DNA of 63,685 nt, counting the filler, from Octopus bimaculoides (lineage: Eukaryota): assembly GCF_001194135.2 (NCBI RefSeq). It is 5 parts of 5 records of this genome, joined end to end, with 100 filler letters (N's around TTAATTAATTAA, not from the genome) between each part and the next. Parts side by side here need not be neighbours in the genome. Positions count along the whole stretch, not along the records: positions 62,012 to 63,685 come from NW_026415169.1; 4 more parts are not named here. One strand, written 5' to 3'. Shown piece after piece: positions 62,466-63,685 of the stretch. How positions within the stretch are numbered: the stretch's first letter is position 1; every line of letters begins with the position of its first letter. The translations under genes and the position numbers were made by a program. The notes under the pieces were generated by a model that was not told the DNA's origin, did no database searches, and worked only from the letters and a program-made list of their open reading frames with translations.

Positions 62466-62830
62466 AATAATAATTTTAGGGAATAAAATCCAAACTTACA
62501 GGGAAAAGTTCAATTTAGCAAAACTAAATCAGATTTCCCAATATAAAATATATGTATATAATTTAGAGAAAAACCACTATTAAAATGAAGAATATAATTC
62601 ACACCTTCCAGAAAATAAATATATCATAAACACTTTATTCTAAAAATACAATAAAGTACATAAAAAAATAACTAGTAAAAGGTATAAGAATGACTACGCA
62701 TGTTTTGTGGCTATATTTTCAAATAGTTAACTAATAAAACCAATTCGATTATTAATTCTATTAATAATCAAATCGATCTATAATTAAATCTATTCAAAAA
62801 TATAGTCACTCGTCAGGTCTAAATAAAATA
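62466..62830 (-). mobile_element. Inverted terminal-repeat (pLTR/3' UTR) portion of the Penelope-like element
   Basis: Directly abuts the + strand endonuclease fragment and carries a hammerhead on the minus strand. Assignment to the same element is inferred. Confidence 0.6.
62692..62820 (-). ncRNA. Minimal type I hammerhead motif with extended stem II (G12A)
   Basis: GAC-CTGACGA-GTGACTATATTTT...AAAATATAGCCAC-AAAAC-ATGC-GTA-GTC. Stem II pairs 12/13, stem I is GAC:GTC, and the A at 62706 sits at a CpG site. Confidence 0.7.
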
Positions 62831-62955
62831 AAAAGAATAATAATAAAAAGAAACAATTTACTATTGCAACTTACAATAAGAATCATATAAATATATAGAA
62901 AATACTTGTTTTAACAAATTAAGGTATTCCTTAGAGATAATAAATAATATAATAA

Positions 62956-63557
62956 CATTTTTCTAGTGAAAATTTTGGAGTTGGTTACTCTACTACTAAT
63001 AATGTTGGTAATATTACTTCTTCTTTTAATAAATTTAAGCTGAATAAATTTTACGAAAACAAGTCAAGTAATTATTCCAATAATAATAATACAAACCAGA
63101 ACATAATTAATTGTACATGTAGAGATAAAAATAAATGTAAATTTAACAATAACTGTAATTTGGAGGATGTAGTATATAAATGTTTAGTGACGTTGCTTGA
63201 TAATAATATGAATGGTTATAATTTAAATACTATTTACATAGGGTCGACTTCTAACAAAATTAAATTACGTGTGGCTCAACATATGAATTCTTTTAAAAAT
63301 AGAAATTTAATTAATTCTACTGGTCTTAGTAGATATATATATGGGAACTAAAATCTAAAAATATTATGTACAATTTACATTGGGAGATAGTTTGTAAGGC
63401 TAAATCTTATCGAATTGGTAGTGCTTTTTGTTTATTATGTACTAATGAATTTAAGGAGATATTATTAGCTGATAATAAAAAATTGATTAATTCCCTAGAT
63501 GAACAAAAAATTAAATGCAGACATAAGTTAAATTTCTTATATAATAAGTTTAGCTAA
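62956..63557 (+). pseudogene. Penelope-like element: linker plus GIY-YIG endonuclease with one +2 frameshift
   Basis: GYSTTNNVGNITSSFNK...NCTCRDKNKCKFNNNCNLEDVVYKC...YIGSTSNKIKLRVAQHMNSF...NSTGLSRYI/WELK...WEIV...Y...CLLC..E...LIN...CRHK. Removing one AT from the (AT)n near 63333-63342 restores the frame. Confidence 0.92.
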
Positions 63558-63685
63558 TTTATGTATTTATATAAACCCTATTTTATCTTGCTAATTGTTG
63601 TAGTTGTATTTTGTAGTAGTAGAATGTGTATAAAGTAGCATGAGATTATAAAGGATATATTACATATTTAGAATAAGATTAAACT

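Overview
This is AT-rich, gap-ridden eukaryotic DNA, most likely from an octopus (coleoid cephalopod). That assignment is an inference from the microsatellite load, the tRNA-derived SINE families and the (TTAGGG)n motif. There are no prokaryotic features such as CRISPR arrays, rRNA or operons. Most ORFs in the track are artefacts of microsatellites or N-gaps. The one convincing host coding region is a ~3 kb single-exon ORF on the + strand (696-3645, interrupted by a gap). It encodes a Gly/Glu-rich N-terminus, 22-aa amphipathic repeats and a C-terminal hydrophobic anchor. A few weaker exon candidates are also listed. The rest is a dense mosaic of mobile elements: several SINE families, RTE and R4/Dong-like LINE ends, Tc1/mariner, hAT and piggyBac MITEs, a fossil hAT transposase and a Penelope-like GIY-YIG endonuclease. 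The main discovery is a recurring set of minimal type I hammerhead ribozyme (HHR) motifs. One lies in the inverted terminal repeat of the Penelope element (62692-62820). Two lie in a tRNA-headed SINE inserted as an inverted pair within a 13-bp TSD (26613-27103). Others lie in a second inverted pair (43239-43470) and in a 349-bp terminally redundant, retrozyme-like unit (45885-46307). Also notable are a 585-bp MITE with a central (CCCTAA)n/(TTAGGG)n palindrome and a mariner fold-back element whose template-switch junction can be read directly. All alignments, translations and RNA folds were done by eye; no database search or folding program was run.
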